A stretch of DNA of 64,000 nt from an uncultured Mesorhizobium sp. (GCA_965649745.1 CBFGLW010000002.1:31580-95579); one strand, 5' to 3'; numbered from the stretch's first letter, positions 37,171 through 47,646 are shown. Translations and numbers: made by a program. The notes: generated by a model from the letters alone, not told the origin.

Positions 37171-38034
37171 TCAATAAAAGCCGATTGGGAAGTACCGCAG
37201 GTAGAGCTCGGCGAACGTGCCTTTCATGGTGAGTTCCTGCAGCGCGTAGTTGAATGCCGCCACCAGCACGTCGTCCTGCTTTCTAGTCGCAATGGCCAGT
37301 CCGGTGCCGACATAGTCGGGCGCGAGATAAGGCCCACCGGCGAAACGGCAGCAATCTCCGGCTTCCGGCGACGCCAGCCAGAAGGAAAGACGCAATCCAT
37401 CGCCGAAGGCGGCATCGATCTCGCCAGCCTTCAGCGTATCGTAGAGCTTTTCCGGCGATGGATAGGCGACGACTTTCACCTTGTCGAAATAGTCACGCAG
37501 CATGCGTTCATGCGCCGACCCACCGAGAACGCCGACCCGCTTGTCCGTGAGCTTTTCCCAAAGGGGCTCGGCTGCGGCTGTCGATTTTGGCATGACGAAG
37601 CGGGCGGGGAATTGCAGATAGGGGCGGGAAAAAGCGTAGCTCTCGCGTGAATCGGCGGTCACGGCGGTGCCGGCGACGATGGCCTCGCCTTCACCCGCCT
37701 GCAGTGCGCCCTCCAATTCGTTCCAGGGCAGCGCCTGAATCTGGCATTTGTCGGCGACTCCAAGTTCGGCGCAGATGGCGCGTGCCAGGTCGATATGAAA
37801 ACCCGATAGTCGACCCTGGTCGTCAAAGAAGTTGAAGGGGGGGAAATCCGTAGTGGTGAGAAAACGGAGGCGCGGAAGCGCGGAAAGGTCTGGCTTCGGC
37901 AACCGTTCCCTGGTGTCCCAGAGCGTGGGGATTTGCGGCCCGGCCGCGAACGCGTGCCCGGAGGGTGAAATCGATGCTGCCAGCACCAAAAAAACAACCG
38001 CAATGAGGACCTGACGCAGCAAGATGAACTCCAT
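37171..38034 (-). CDS. Periplasmic substrate-binding protein, family 3 (amino-acid ABC type)
   Basis: Signal peptide followed by LRFLTTTDFPPFNF.D..G.L.GF.IDLARAIC, typical of SBP_bac_3. Confidence 0.7.
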   Translation of the reverse strand: MEFILLRQVLIAVVFLVLAASISPSGHAFAAGPQIPTLWDTRERLPKPDLSALPRLRFLTTTDFPPFNFFDDQGRLSGFHIDLARAICAELGVADKCQIQALPWNELEGALQAGEGEAIVAGTAVTADSRESYAFSRPYLQFPARFVMPKSTAAAEPLWEKLTDKRVGVLGGSAHERMLRDYFDKVKVVAYPSPEKLYDTLKAGEIDAAFGDGLRLSFWLASPEAGDCCRFAGGPYLAPDYVGTGLAIATRKQDDVLVAAFNYALQELTMKGTFAELYLRYFPIGFY

Positions 38035-38117
38035 TGCAAATGCCGTGGTTTTTGTACAAAAATAATACAGGTAAAATTTTAATGAATAGAGATGCCGAGG
38101 TCTTCAAAGCATAGATT

Positions 38118-40166
38118 GTGACCCCTTCCGCGTCGCGGGGCAAGCACGGATGGGGTGTTGGGGGCAGTATGGGGTTGTTCGAGTCGGGCCATCGGACAAG
38201 CATGTCGCGCGCGTGGCGGAACGGCAATATTGTCGGTCGCCAGGCTGGCGCCGGACCTGCTTACGGCTTTCACCTGGCCGAGATTTTCTTCCCCGAAATG
38301 ATCGAATGGCGAGCCATTCTGGATCGTCTTGCGGTGCCCCTGCGCACCAGGGTCGACATAGCAGCACGCGCCCGCAGGGAGGGGGTCGATTTCCAGACCG
38401 GGCTGACAGCCTATGGAGTCGTCGAGCCTGCCGAGCTGGTCGAAACCATGGCGGGCGAATTGGGAGTGGGCACCGTAGCCGAGATCGACCCGGCACAGTT
38501 GATCGTCAGGGCGAGGGATTGCATGGGGCTCCTGCGCCGTCCGAGCGCCGGCGTTCCGGTCAGGCTCATCGAGGAGCGGCAGGGGAAAGTGGACTTCCTC
38601 GTGCCGGCCCAGACGGTCAGTCCAGGATCGCTGCGCGAGCACATCCGTCGCTTGCCTGGCTTGGCGGCCAGACTGAAACTTGCGGATGCCGGCATGCTTC
38701 GCAATGCCTTGCTGAAACGGGCGCGGCCGGCATTGATCAAGATGGCGATTTCGGGTCTCTTCGACCGGTCTCCCCATATGTCGGCGCGCATCGTCGCGAA
38801 TGCCTGGCAAGGATCGATGATCGGCATGCTGCTGACAGTTCTGCCGGTCGGATTTCTTCTCGCCTTCGGCCCGACCATCACTTTTCTGCACGGTCTGGCG
38901 ACCTTTTTCTTCCTTGCCTGCGTCATTCTCCGGCTTGCGGTGGTGTTGTCGCCTCGTCGGCAGAAAGAGACGGCTCAGGCGCCGGCAGGGGAAGCGCCGG
39001 TTTTCGCGGTTCTGGTCGCCCTCTACAAGGAAGCGGAGATCGTTCCAGATCTTCTGGCATCGCTCGATCGTCTTGTCTGGCCGCGTGGCAGGTTGCAGAT
39101 CAAGCTGGTCTGCGAGGCTGATGACGGGCAGACCTTGGCCGCCATCCGTGCCCATCCGCTGCCTCCGCATTTCGAGATCGTCGAAGTGCCGCCCGGCGGT
39201 CCGCGCACCAAGCCGAAGGCGCTCTCCTATGCCTTGCCGATGAGTGGCGGCGACTTCGTCGTGCTCTATGACGCGGAAGACCGGCCAGATCCGATGCAAC
39301 TGGTCGAGGCCTGGCAGAAATTCAGCGCCAGCGGACCGGACCTTGCCGTCGTGCAGGCGCCGCTCGAGATTTCCAACCGGGAAGAAAGCATCATCTCCCG
39401 CATGTTCGCTTTCGAGTATGCCGGCCTGTTTCGCGGGCTCCTGCCATGGCTTGCCGGCGGGCGCATGGTCCTGCCTCTGGGCGGGACGTCCAATCACTTT
39501 AGGCGGCAGGCCTTGGAGGAGGTGGGAGCCTGGGACCCGTATAATGTCACCGAAGACGCCGACCTTGCCATGCGCCTTGCGCGCTTCGGCTATCGTGCCG
39601 ATGTCATCTCCCGTCCGACCTACGAGACGGCCCCGACCCGTCTGGCCGTATGGCTTCCGCAACGCACCCGCTGGTTCAAGGGCTGGTTGCAGACATGGCT
39701 GGTCCACATGCGCGAGCCCCTGCGGTTGATGCGGGAACTTGGACCGGGTTCGTTCATGGTGGCCCAGATCCTGTTTGCCGGCATGCTTGCCTCCGTCCTG
39801 CTGCATCCGCTGCTTTTCGGCACTTTTCTTTTTCTCGCCGTGGAAATAGGCCTGGGACATTATCCTGGGCCGCTCAAAATGGCGCTGCTTGCCGTCGATG
39901 CCGTCAACGTCGCCTGCGGCTACCTGTCCTTCCTGCTGCTCGGCTGGCGTTCGCTGCGCAAGGGCGAGAGGCGCGACCTTTGGAAGGTCTTCCTGTTCAC
40001 GCCCGTCTATTGGCTGATGATGTCGGCAGCGGGCTGGCGCGCAGTCTGGCAGTTGTGGCGAAAGCCGCATCATTGGGAAAAGACGCCGCATGGGAAGGGC
40101 GCGCATGGCCGAACCGGCCGGACAGAAACCATGAACCTGGATCGCCCGGGCGGTGATCGATCCTAA
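38118..40166 (+). CDS. Membrane glycosyltransferase family 2 with an N-terminal extra domain; start uncertain (38118 or 38169)
   Basis: [25 protein letters not shown] (DxD) and QRTRWFKGW (QxxRW), plus multiple TM segments. Confidence 0.8.
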   Translation: MTPSASRGKHGWGVGGSMGLFESGHRTSMSRAWRNGNIVGRQAGAGPAYGFHLAEIFFPEMIEWRAILDRLAVPLRTRVDIAARARREGVDFQTGLTAYGVVEPAELVETMAGELGVGTVAEIDPAQLIVRARDCMGLLRRPSAGVPVRLIEERQGKVDFLVPAQTVSPGSLREHIRRLPGLAARLKLADAGMLRNALLKRARPALIKMAISGLFDRSPHMSARIVANAWQGSMIGMLLTVLPVGFLLAFGPTITFLHGLATFFFLACVILRLAVVLSPRRQKETAQAPAGEAPVFAVLVALYKEAEIVPDLLASLDRLVWPRGRLQIKLVCEADDGQTLAAIRAHPLPPHFEIVEVPPGGPRTKPKALSYALPMSGGDFVVLYDAEDRPDPMQLVEAWQKFSASGPDLAVVQAPLEISNREESIISRMFAFEYAGLFRGLLPWLAGGRMVLPLGGTSNHFRRQALEEVGAWDPYNVTEDADLAMRLARFGYRADVISRPTYETAPTRLAVWLPQRTRWFKGWLQTWLVHMREPLRLMRELGPGSFMVAQILFAGMLASVLLHPLLFGTFLFLAVEIGLGHYPGPLKMALLAVDAVNVACGYLSFLLLGWRSLRKGERRDLWKVFLFTPVYWLMMSAAGWRAVWQLWRKPHHWEKTPHGKGAHGRTGRTETMNLDRPGGDRS

Positions 40167-41065
40167 CCTTTCAGGAAGCCGGGACCCTCGCCGATGATCT
40201 TCTTGTCTTCCTTGCCGATCACGTCGAGATCGCGCCCACCATAGGGTAGTGATAGAAGCAGCCTTCGAATAACGGCGATGCGCGCGCGCCGCTTGTCGTT
40301 GGCGCGAACGATGATCCACGGTGCCTGCTTGCTGTGTGTCCTGCGCACCATTTCGTCGCGTGCCTTGGTGTAGTCGTCCCATTTTTCGATACCGGCGACA
40401 TCGATGGGAGAGAACTTCCAACTCTTCAGCTTGCTGTGGCGGCGGTCGTGGAAGCGTTCGAGCTGTGTTTCCTGGCCGATATCGAGCCAGAACTTGAAGA
40501 AATGGATGCCGTCATTGACGATCATCCGCTCGAAATGCGGTGCCTCGTCGAGGAATTGCTGGTGCTGCTCCGGCGTGCAGAAACCCATGACCGGTTCTAC
40601 TCCGGCCCGGTTGTACCAGGAGCGGTCGAAGCTGACGAATTCACCGGCGGTGGGAAAGCGCGTCACATAGCGCTGGAAATACCATTGCCCCATCTCGGTT
40701 TCTGTCGGCTTTACGAGCGCCACGTTCCGCGCCGTCCGGGGGTTCATGTATTGATGGACGGCGAAGATGGTGCCGCCTTTGCCGGCGGCGTCACGCCCCT
40801 CGAACAGGGCGAGCACCCGCGCTCCGGTTTCCTTCATCCAGGTTTGTGCTTTCACCAGTTCGATCTGCAGCGCCTCCAGCGTTTCCTCATATTCATCGCG
40901 CTTCAGCTTGTTGTCATAGGGATAGCCGCCCGCGGTCAGCTTGTTGTTCTCGATCCAGCCAGGCAATTCGGCATCGTCCATGTCGAATTCACGGACCTTG
41001 CCATCGATGCTGACCTGGATCGGCGGCAAATCGGATGGCGGCGAATCTTCCTTGGGCTTTTTCAT
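40163..41065 (-). CDS. ppk2: Polyphosphate kinase 2
   Basis: [13 protein letters not shown] (Walker A of PPK2), RSWYNR, and a lid-region pattern. Confidence 0.88.
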   Translation of the reverse strand: MKKPKEDSPPSDLPPIQVSIDGKVREFDMDDAELPGWIENNKLTAGGYPYDNKLKRDEYEETLEALQIELVKAQTWMKETGARVLALFEGRDAAGKGGTIFAVHQYMNPRTARNVALVKPTETEMGQWYFQRYVTRFPTAGEFVSFDRSWYNRAGVEPVMGFCTPEQHQQFLDEAPHFERMIVNDGIHFFKFWLDIGQETQLERFHDRRHSKLKSWKFSPIDVAGIEKWDDYTKARDEMVRRTHSKQAPWIIVRANDKRRARIAVIRRLLLSLPYGGRDLDVIGKEDKKIIGEGPGFLKG

Positions 41066-41157
41066 CGAGGTGAACCCTTTTCCGTACGGTGGTTCATGCT
41101 ATGGGGATGCTCGCTGGCGGTCCAGCGGGAAGTTCGTGGCGCCGGGATGGAGCGCGG

Positions 41158-42435
41158 ATGGCTGACACAAACGGAAACGACGTGACGGGCGAAAGCGTAC
41201 CCTGGAGGGCAATGCGCCGCATCTGGGGCAACCGCTGGCTGCTTCTTGCCGCGGTGGTGGGTATCGTCGGCACATCGCTTCTCGCCGGCGGCGCGCTTTA
41301 TGCCGTCCCGACTGTCATCCTGCTGCTTGTCGCGGTGGCGGCCTTTGCGCCGGCCAATGAGCTGCTGCCTGCTACGCCCGGTTCGGGGGCGGTCGAGGCG
41401 ATGAGCATGCGCGACCTATCCGGGGAATACCTTGCCGCCGCTGTGGCCGATCCGCTCATCATCTTCGATCGCAACGGCAGTGTCATCCACGCCAATGCCG
41501 CTGCCGTCGCCGCTTTCGGCAATCTGGCGCCGGGCCTGTCTCTGCCGCTGAAATTCAGGGCCCCGGAAATGCAGGTTCTGATCGAAGCAATTCTTTCCGG
41601 AAACGCTACTGTCGAGACCGCCGAATATATCGAAAAACTGCCCGTTGAACGTGCCTACAGGGTCAGCGCATCCTCTGTCGGCCATGGTACGGAGCTTTAT
41701 GTGCTGGTCTTCAAGGACCAGAGCGAAACCCGCCGCATCGACCGCATGCGTGCCGACTTCATCGCCAACGCAAGCCACGAATTGCGCACGCCGCTCGCTT
41801 CCATCGCCGGCTTCATCGAGACCCTGCGCGGCCCCGCCCGCAAGGACCCGGCAGCCCAGGAGCAGTTCCTGCAGATCATGCAGAACCAGACCGGCCGGAT
41901 GGCGCGGCTGATCGACGATCTCCTGTCGTTGTCGCGGCTGGAGATGCGGCCTTATCTCGCTCCCGGCAGCCGTGTCGACATCCGGCAGGTGGTCGGCAGC
42001 GTGATCGACTCCCTGGCGCCGCTGGCAAAGGAAAACGGCATCGTCGTCGAGAAGAGTTTCGTAGAGGGGCAGCTCGATGTCGCGGGAGACCGTGATGAAC
42101 TTTTCCAGGTTTTCGAGAATCTGATGGAGAACGCCTGCAAATACGGCCAGTCCGGCGGGCGTGTCGTCGTTTCGATCGATCGCGGCGTTTCGGGACCGGA
42201 ACCGAGCATCGATGTCACCATTCGCGACTTCGGCCCGGGCATCGCCGAGGAGCATATACCGCGCATCACCGAGCGCTTCTATCGCGTCGACGTGGATGCC
42301 AGCCGCTCGCAGAAGGGGACAGGTCTCGGGTTGTCCATCGTCAAGCATATTCTTACGCGCCACAACGCCCGCCTGTCGATCAAATCCGAACTGGGGCAGG
42401 GCGCGGCATTCACGGTCCATTTGCCAGCAAAGTAG
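41158..42435 (+). CDS. phoR: Phosphate-regulon sensor histidine kinase PhoR
   Basis: 2 TM segments, a PAS-like region, H-box FIANASHELRTPL, plus N, G1 and G2 boxes (ENLMENACKY, IRDFGPGI, GTGLGLSIV). Confidence 0.8.
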   Translation: MADTNGNDVTGESVPWRAMRRIWGNRWLLLAAVVGIVGTSLLAGGALYAVPTVILLLVAVAAFAPANELLPATPGSGAVEAMSMRDLSGEYLAAAVADPLIIFDRNGSVIHANAAAVAAFGNLAPGLSLPLKFRAPEMQVLIEAILSGNATVETAEYIEKLPVERAYRVSASSVGHGTELYVLVFKDQSETRRIDRMRADFIANASHELRTPLASIAGFIETLRGPARKDPAAQEQFLQIMQNQTGRMARLIDDLLSLSRLEMRPYLAPGSRVDIRQVVGSVIDSLAPLAKENGIVVEKSFVEGQLDVAGDRDELFQVFENLMENACKYGQSGGRVVVSIDRGVSGPEPSIDVTIRDFGPGIAEEHIPRITERFYRVDVDASRSQKGTGLGLSIVKHILTRHNARLSIKSELGQGAAFTVHLPAK

Positions 42436-42554
42436 ATTTGCCGGCGGACAGGCGCTATCTATAGCGTCAGCGCTTTCTTCATACTGTCATGTGCCCGGCG
42501 TATCAGCGACAGTTGAGATACGAATCACCAGCCGCCCTGAAAGGGCTTTCAGCC

Positions 42555-43280
42555 ATGCAGTCCGTGCATATCGTCAGTGCCTATGACGAGGAGCTCAAAT
42601 ATCTGACCAAGCGTATCGCCGCCATGGGCGGCCATGCGGAGCGCATGGTCGAGCAGGCGATATCGGCGCTGATCAATGCCGACCCCGACCTCGCCCAGAA
42701 GGTCATCAGGGACGACGTCATCCTCGACGAGGGGCAGCGCGAGATCGACGAGAAGGCGATCGTCGTCATCGCCCGTCGCCAGCCCATGGCGACGGATTTG
42801 CGCGAGATCATCGGCGCGATCCGCATTTCCGCCGATCTGGAGCGGATCGGCGATCTTGGCAAGAATGTCGCCAAGCGGGTGGTCGCCGTCACCCAGGAGC
42901 GGCAGTCGAACAGCCTGTTCCGAGGTATCGAGGCGCTGGCGAACCTGGCGCTCCAGCAGTTGAAGGACGTGCTCGACGTCTATGCTTCTCGCAGCGTCGA
43001 CAGCATCGGCTTTGTGCGGGATCGCGACGAGCAGATCGACGCCATGTACACGTCGCTTTTCCGCGAACTGCTCACCTATATGATGGAAGACCCGCGCAAC
43101 ATCACGCCCTGCACGCATCTTCTGTTCTGCGCCAAGAACATCGAACGCATCGGCGATCACGCCACAAACATAGCCGAAACGATCTATCACATCGTCACCG
43201 GCGACCAGATGCCGGCCGAACGGCCCAAGGAAGACAAGACCGACCGCGTTGTTATGCCGGCGCATCAGCCCGCCAAATAG
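42555..43280 (+). CDS. phoU: Phosphate signalling complex protein PhoU
   Basis: Two PhoU repeats with the E(R/K)IGD motif (DLERIGDLGKNVA, NIERIGDHATNIAE). Confidence 0.9.
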   Translation: MQSVHIVSAYDEELKYLTKRIAAMGGHAERMVEQAISALINADPDLAQKVIRDDVILDEGQREIDEKAIVVIARRQPMATDLREIIGAIRISADLERIGDLGKNVAKRVVAVTQERQSNSLFRGIEALANLALQQLKDVLDVYASRSVDSIGFVRDRDEQIDAMYTSLFRELLTYMMEDPRNITPCTHLLFCAKNIERIGDHATNIAETIYHIVTGDQMPAERPKEDKTDRVVMPAHQPAK

Positions 43281-43357
43281 TCGTCAAAATCCCATATTTG
43301 CGCTAGGATTGTCTGCACCTAGCTCCATACCCGGGCAATGTCGCAAGGAAGGGTGCC

Positions 43358-44365
43358 GTGGAATACGTCCGTGAATTCGTTCCCGCGTCTTCCGCCGATG
43401 CCGTGGTGGCATGCTGCGCCTACACGGCAGGCCGGCGTATCGCCGACATTCCGATCGAGGAAGCGGGCGACTGGTCGCGCAGGAAGGACCATGTCGTCTG
43501 GATCGGCCTGCTGGAGCCGAGCCGCGAACTTCTTTTGCGTGTGCAGGCGCAATTCAGGCTGCATGAACTCGCCATTGAGGACGCCGAGCATCCGCACCAG
43601 CGGCCGAAGCTGGAACAATATGGCGATGCGCTGTTCATCGTCGCGCGCACCGCGCAGCTGGTCGAGGGTAGGGTGACCTTCGGGGAAACGCATCTTTTCG
43701 TCGGCAAGGGCTACATCGTCAGCGTCCGCCACGGCCCTTCGACGTCCTATACCTCGGTGCGCCAGCATTGGGAAAGCTGCCCGCACGCCCTCGCCAAGGG
43801 CGAGGACTTTGTCCTTTACGCCATCCTGGATTTCATCGTCGATAATTACATGCCCGTTCTTGAGCAGATCGAGGACGAGGTCGAGCAGATCGAGGACAAG
43901 GTTCTGGTCAAGCCGATGGGCGCCAGGGACATCGAACGGCTTTATATGCTGCGGCGGGATCTTCTGCGCTTGCGCAATGCCGCCTTGCCGCTGGTCGAGG
44001 TCTGCCGCAGGCTTACGAGCCCGGACCTGCCACAGATTCAGCCGGGAATGCATCCGCTCTTCCGGGACGTGACGGACCATATCCGTACCGTCCAGGAAAA
44101 GATCGACAGCCTGCGCGAAGTGCTCGCCTTCGCCTTCGAGACAAGCCTTCTCGTCGGACAAAGTCAGGAAACCGCGATCACCAAGAAACTTGCCTCATGG
44201 GCCGCCATCTTGGCGGTGCCGACTGCCTTCGCCGGCATCTATGGCATGAATTTCAACGACATGCCGGAACTGAGGATGACGTACGGCTACCCCGTCGTTC
44301 TGGCCGCCATCGGCACGATATGCGTCGTTCTCTACTGGCGATTCCGCAAGAACGGATGGCTGTAA
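43358..44365 (+). CDS. corA: Magnesium/cobalt transporter CorA
   Basis: YGMNF motif followed by two C-terminal TM helices. GTG start after SD AAGGAAGGG. Confidence 0.88.
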   Translation: MEYVREFVPASSADAVVACCAYTAGRRIADIPIEEAGDWSRRKDHVVWIGLLEPSRELLLRVQAQFRLHELAIEDAEHPHQRPKLEQYGDALFIVARTAQLVEGRVTFGETHLFVGKGYIVSVRHGPSTSYTSVRQHWESCPHALAKGEDFVLYAILDFIVDNYMPVLEQIEDEVEQIEDKVLVKPMGARDIERLYMLRRDLLRLRNAALPLVEVCRRLTSPDLPQIQPGMHPLFRDVTDHIRTVQEKIDSLREVLAFAFETSLLVGQSQETAITKKLASWAAILAVPTAFAGIYGMNFNDMPELRMTYGYPVVLAAIGTICVVLYWRFRKNGWL

Positions 44366-44370
44366 GGACG

Positions 44371-44398
44371 GCAGTAGGCAGTAGGCAGTAGGCAGTAG
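44371..44398. repeat. Perfect heptanucleotide tandem repeat (GCAGTAG)x4
   Basis: Read directly from the sequence. It begins 5 nt after the corA stop, in the convergent corA/gcrA intergenic region. Confidence 0.95.
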
Positions 44399-44454
44399 GG
44401 TCTCACTCTTGCGCTCTGTCAGGCCTTGGCAGAGCAGTCTCGATTGCCGATTGC

Positions 44455-44973
44455 CTACCGGCTGCGCCGGCGTTCCGATGCAGGCTGGAAAGCCACCCGC
44501 GCATGATAGGTGCAATAGGGGCCGCTGTCGGCGGAATCATTGCCGCAGAAGTGGAATTCCTCGGTCAGCGGGTCGCCGTTCGGCCACTTGCAGGTGCGTT
44601 CGGTCAACTCGACGAGCTGCAACCGGCGCGAGATCGGCACCACGACGTTTTCCACCGGGCGGATGTAGTGGCGGGCCACCGGCTCCGCGTCGAACTGCGC
44701 CTGCAATGCGGTTGCGCCGATGGAGGTTGTGACATGGCGCGTCGCCGTAGCGGCGCGTGTCACCGACTTGGTCGCTGAGGATCCCTGCGACGCCTTTTTT
44801 TGGCGCGCCGGCGCAGCTGTAGCACGGCCGCGGCTGGACAGCTTCAGGCGATGCACCTTGCCTATGACGGCATTACGGCTCACGCCGCCAAGCTGCGCTG
44901 CGATCTGGCTTGCGCTCAGGCCTTCCGACCACAATTTCCGCAAAAGTTCGACGCGCTCGTCGGTCCAGTTCAT
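44455..44973 (-). CDS. gcrA: Cell-cycle transcriptional regulator GcrA
   Basis: MNWTDERVELLRKLWSEGLSASQIAAQLGGVSRNAVIGKVHRLKLSSR is the canonical GcrA N-terminus. Strong SD AAGGAG. Confidence 0.9.
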   Translation of the reverse strand: MNWTDERVELLRKLWSEGLSASQIAAQLGGVSRNAVIGKVHRLKLSSRGRATAAPARQKKASQGSSATKSVTRAATATRHVTTSIGATALQAQFDAEPVARHYIRPVENVVVPISRRLQLVELTERTCKWPNGDPLTEEFHFCGNDSADSGPYCTYHARVAFQPASERRRSR

Positions 44974-44989
44974 GAGACGGCACTCCTTG

Positions 44990-45016
44990 GAATCCGTACG
45001 GTTCTGGAATCGATTC
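44990..45016. promoter_or_regulatory. Cluster of three GANTC (CcrM methylation) sites in the gcrA 5' leader
   Basis: GAATC 44990-44994, GAATC 45007-45011 and GATTC 45012-45016, lying 17-43 nt upstream of the gcrA ATG. Confidence 0.6.
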
Positions 45017-45272
45017 ACGACCCGGCTCCCGCCGGGCGAACACCACATCTACAGGGGTGATTAGATCCGCCGCACGAAATCTAGTTATTTCTTCTTCACA
45101 ACTACTCTATGCGCTGACTCGGTGACAAGAGTCCCAAAGGCAACACGATTCGGTTTTTTCGGTTTTCCCCAACTTGCCGACCTGCTGGCGAACAGGTTTT
45201 CCAGATGGGGCGACCGGGCCGGCTTGAAAGACGTTTTCGTTGACTTCGTGTCTGAAAAACACGATAAGCCGC

Positions 45273-45305
45273 AAAAGGCCGCCGAACGGGCGGCTTTTTG
45301 ATTTT
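45273..45305. terminator. Bidirectional-type intrinsic terminator hairpin just upstream of argD
   Basis: CAAAAG-GCCGCC-GAACG-GGCGGC-TTTTTGATTTT. The T-tract is stronger on the plus strand. It ends about 22 nt before the argD ATG. Confidence 0.5.
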
Positions 45306-45326
45306 CCGGTTCCGGAGACGCATATA

Positions 45327-46523
45327 ATGAGCGGTTCGGCGCTTTACGAGACCTTTGCCCGCATCCCAATCTCCTTCGACCATGGCGAGGGCGCTTGGCT
45401 GGTCACGGACAAGGGCGAGCGATATCTCGATTTCGCAGCCGGCATCGCCGTGAACTCGCTCGGCCATGGCCATCCGCATCTCGTCGCCGCTTTGACCGAG
45501 CAGGCGCAGAAAGTCTGGCATGTCTCCAATCTCTACGAGATTCCGGAACAGCGTCGGCTGGCTGACCGGCTCGTCGAGGAAACGTTTGCGGACAAGGTGT
45601 TCTTCACCAATTCGGGCGCCGAGGCGCTGGAATGCGCCATCAAGACGGCGCGGCGCTATCATTTCGTCAACGGCCATCCGGAACGCTTCCGCGTTCTGAC
45701 TTTCGAAGGCGCTTTCCATGGCCGCACGCTGGCCACGATCGCCGCCGGCGGCCAGTACAAATACATGGAGGGTTTCGGCCCCAAGGTGGATGGCTTCGAC
45801 CAGGTAGCGCTGGGCGACCTCGATGCCGTCGAGAAGGCCGTCACGCCTGAAACGGCCGCCATCCTGATCGAGCCGATCCAGGGCGAGGGCGGCATTCGCG
45901 CGGTGCCGGCGCAGACGCTCAAGCGGCTGCGCCAGATTTGCGACCAGAACGGCCTGATCCTGATCTTCGACGAGGTCCAGTGCGGCATCGGCCGGACCGG
46001 CAGGCTGTTCGCCTACGAATGGAGCGGCGTGAGGCCGGACGTCATGGCGGTCGCCAAGGGCATCGGCGGCGGTTTCCCGCTTGGTGCCTGCCTTGCCACA
46101 GATGTGGCGGCGGCCGGCATGACCGCCGGCGTGCATGGCACGACCTTCGGCGGCAATCCGCTTGCGATGGCTGTCGGTAACGCGGTGCTCGATGTTGTCC
46201 TGGAAGAAGGCTTCCTCGACGAGGTCAGCCGCAAGGCGCTGCTTCTCAAGCAGGGTCTCGGCGCCGTCGCGGACGAATTCCCGGAAGTGATTGAGGACAT
46301 TCGCGGGGTCGGCCTCATGCTCGGCCTCAAATGTTCGATGCCCAACGTCAAGGTCAACACAGCATTTCGCGACCAGCATCTGCTGACCGTGACGGCGGGC
46401 GACAATGTCATTCGCCTGCTTCCGCCCCTCAATGTCAGCGACGCCGAAATCCACGAGGCGCTGGCCCGCATCCATAAAGCAGCCAAGGCCTTGTCCGAGA
46501 CAATCGCCGCGGCTGCGAAATAA
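45327..46523 (+). CDS. argD: Acetylornithine aminotransferase
   Basis: Class-III aminotransferase pattern: [22 protein letters not shown], and [15 protein letters not shown] (PLP Lys). Confidence 0.88.
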   Translation: MSGSALYETFARIPISFDHGEGAWLVTDKGERYLDFAAGIAVNSLGHGHPHLVAALTEQAQKVWHVSNLYEIPEQRRLADRLVEETFADKVFFTNSGAEALECAIKTARRYHFVNGHPERFRVLTFEGAFHGRTLATIAAGGQYKYMEGFGPKVDGFDQVALGDLDAVEKAVTPETAAILIEPIQGEGGIRAVPAQTLKRLRQICDQNGLILIFDEVQCGIGRTGRLFAYEWSGVRPDVMAVAKGIGGGFPLGACLATDVAAAGMTAGVHGTTFGGNPLAMAVGNAVLDVVLEEGFLDEVSRKALLLKQGLGAVADEFPEVIEDIRGVGLMLGLKCSMPNVKVNTAFRDQHLLTVTAGDNVIRLLPPLNVSDAEIHEALARIHKAAKALSETIAAAAK

Positions 46524-46647
46524 GCTCTGGTGCCCGGCCGCTTGATCCGGCGTGGCGGGATGCCTATCTGCGCGGCATCACGCACATTGAAGGCGTTTCG
46601 AAGCATGCCTGCTCCCGGGCGGCATCGCTGCGCCCCGGAGATTGATC

Positions 46648-47646
46648 ATGCTGGAAGCCACGCAATTGACTGACCGTGAACCCAGGCTCGGCGAATTCGG
46701 CCATGCCGGCGACGACCATGTCGTGCCGTTCGAGGTCGGTCCGCTCGACGTGCGCGGCCGTGCCGTGCAACTCGGCCCGATGCTCGACGCCATCCTTTCG
46801 CGCCACGACTATCCGGATGCGGTCGCCCGCCTTCTGGCCGAAGCCTGCGTGGTGACGGTGCTGTTGGGAACGTCGCTCAAATTCGATGGCAAGTTCATCC
46901 TGCAGACCCGCACCGACGGTCCGATCGACATGCTGGTCGCCGATTTCACGACGCCGGGTTCCCTGCGCGCCTATGCGCGCTTCGATGCCGAGCGCGTCGA
47001 TGCGCTGGTGGCGGCCGGCACCGTGTCCGACGAGGCGCTGTTGGGCTCTGGCGTGCTGGCGCTGACCATAGACCAGGGCGCTCACATGCAGCGCTATCAG
47101 GGCATTGTGCAATTGGACGGCACCTCGCTGGAGGAGGCCGCGCGCACCTATTTCCGGCAGTCGGAGCAGATTCCGACGGATATCAAGCTGGCTGTGGCCA
47201 AGCAGGTCATGCCGGGAGGGCGCGAGCAATGGCGTGCCGGCGGCTTGCTGGCGCAGTTTCTGCCGGAAGCGCCGGAACGCATGCGCGTGCCCGACCTTCC
47301 GGGTGGTGACGGCGATCCGGTAGAGGCGACGCACGATCCGCTCGACAATTCCTGGCAGGAACTGCTGGTTTTGCTGGCGACTGTTGAGCCTACGGAACTG
47401 ATCGACCCGACCGTGGGCGCCGAGCGGCTGCTCTACCGGCTGTTCCACGAACATGGCGTCCGCGTCTTCGGCGCGGCTGCCGTCGTTGATCGGTGTTCAT
47501 GTTCCGAGGACAAGGTCCGTGGTATCCTCAAGGGATTTTCGGCCGAGGAAATCGACGGCAGCATCGAAGACGGCAGGATCCGCGTCGATTGCGAATTCTG
47601 TTCGACGCGCTACGAGTTCGATCCGGCGGAATTCGTCGCGCAATAA
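46648..47646 (+). CDS. hslO: Hsp33-family redox-regulated chaperone
   Basis: C-terminal zinc centre CSCSEDKV...CEFCSTRYEF. ATG 46648 lies 7 nt after SD CCGGAG; TTG 46642 is also possible. Confidence 0.88.
   Translation: MLEATQLTDREPRLGEFGHAGDDHVVPFEVGPLDVRGRAVQLGPMLDAILSRHDYPDAVARLLAEACVVTVLLGTSLKFDGKFILQTRTDGPIDMLVADFTTPGSLRAYARFDAERVDALVAAGTVSDEALLGSGVLALTIDQGAHMQRYQGIVQLDGTSLEEAARTYFRQSEQIPTDIKLAVAKQVMPGGREQWRAGGLLAQFLPEAPERMRVPDLPGGDGDPVEATHDPLDNSWQELLVLLATVEPTELIDPTVGAERLLYRLFHEHGVRVFGAAAVVDRCSCSEDKVRGILKGFSAEEIDGSIEDGRIRVDCEFCSTRYEFDPAEFVAQ

Noticed and set aside
38079-40421. 780-aa minus-strand ORF covering the glycosyltransferase gene and part of ppk2
   Set aside because: The plus-strand frame carries the DxD and QxxRW GT2 motifs and TM helices. 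The minus-strand product is Arg/Gly/Gln-rich junk that also runs across a gene boundary.
42470-42495. Possible Pho box upstream of phoU
   Set aside because: Only one good CTGTCAT half-site is present (42484-42490). The expected second repeat 11 nt away is degenerate (CTTTCTT).
44371-44455. CRISPR-like or other array interpretation of the short tandem repeats
   Set aside because: The repeat unit is 7 nt with no spacers and only 28 nt in total. No CRISPR array, cas genes, IS elements or transposases were seen anywhere in the window.
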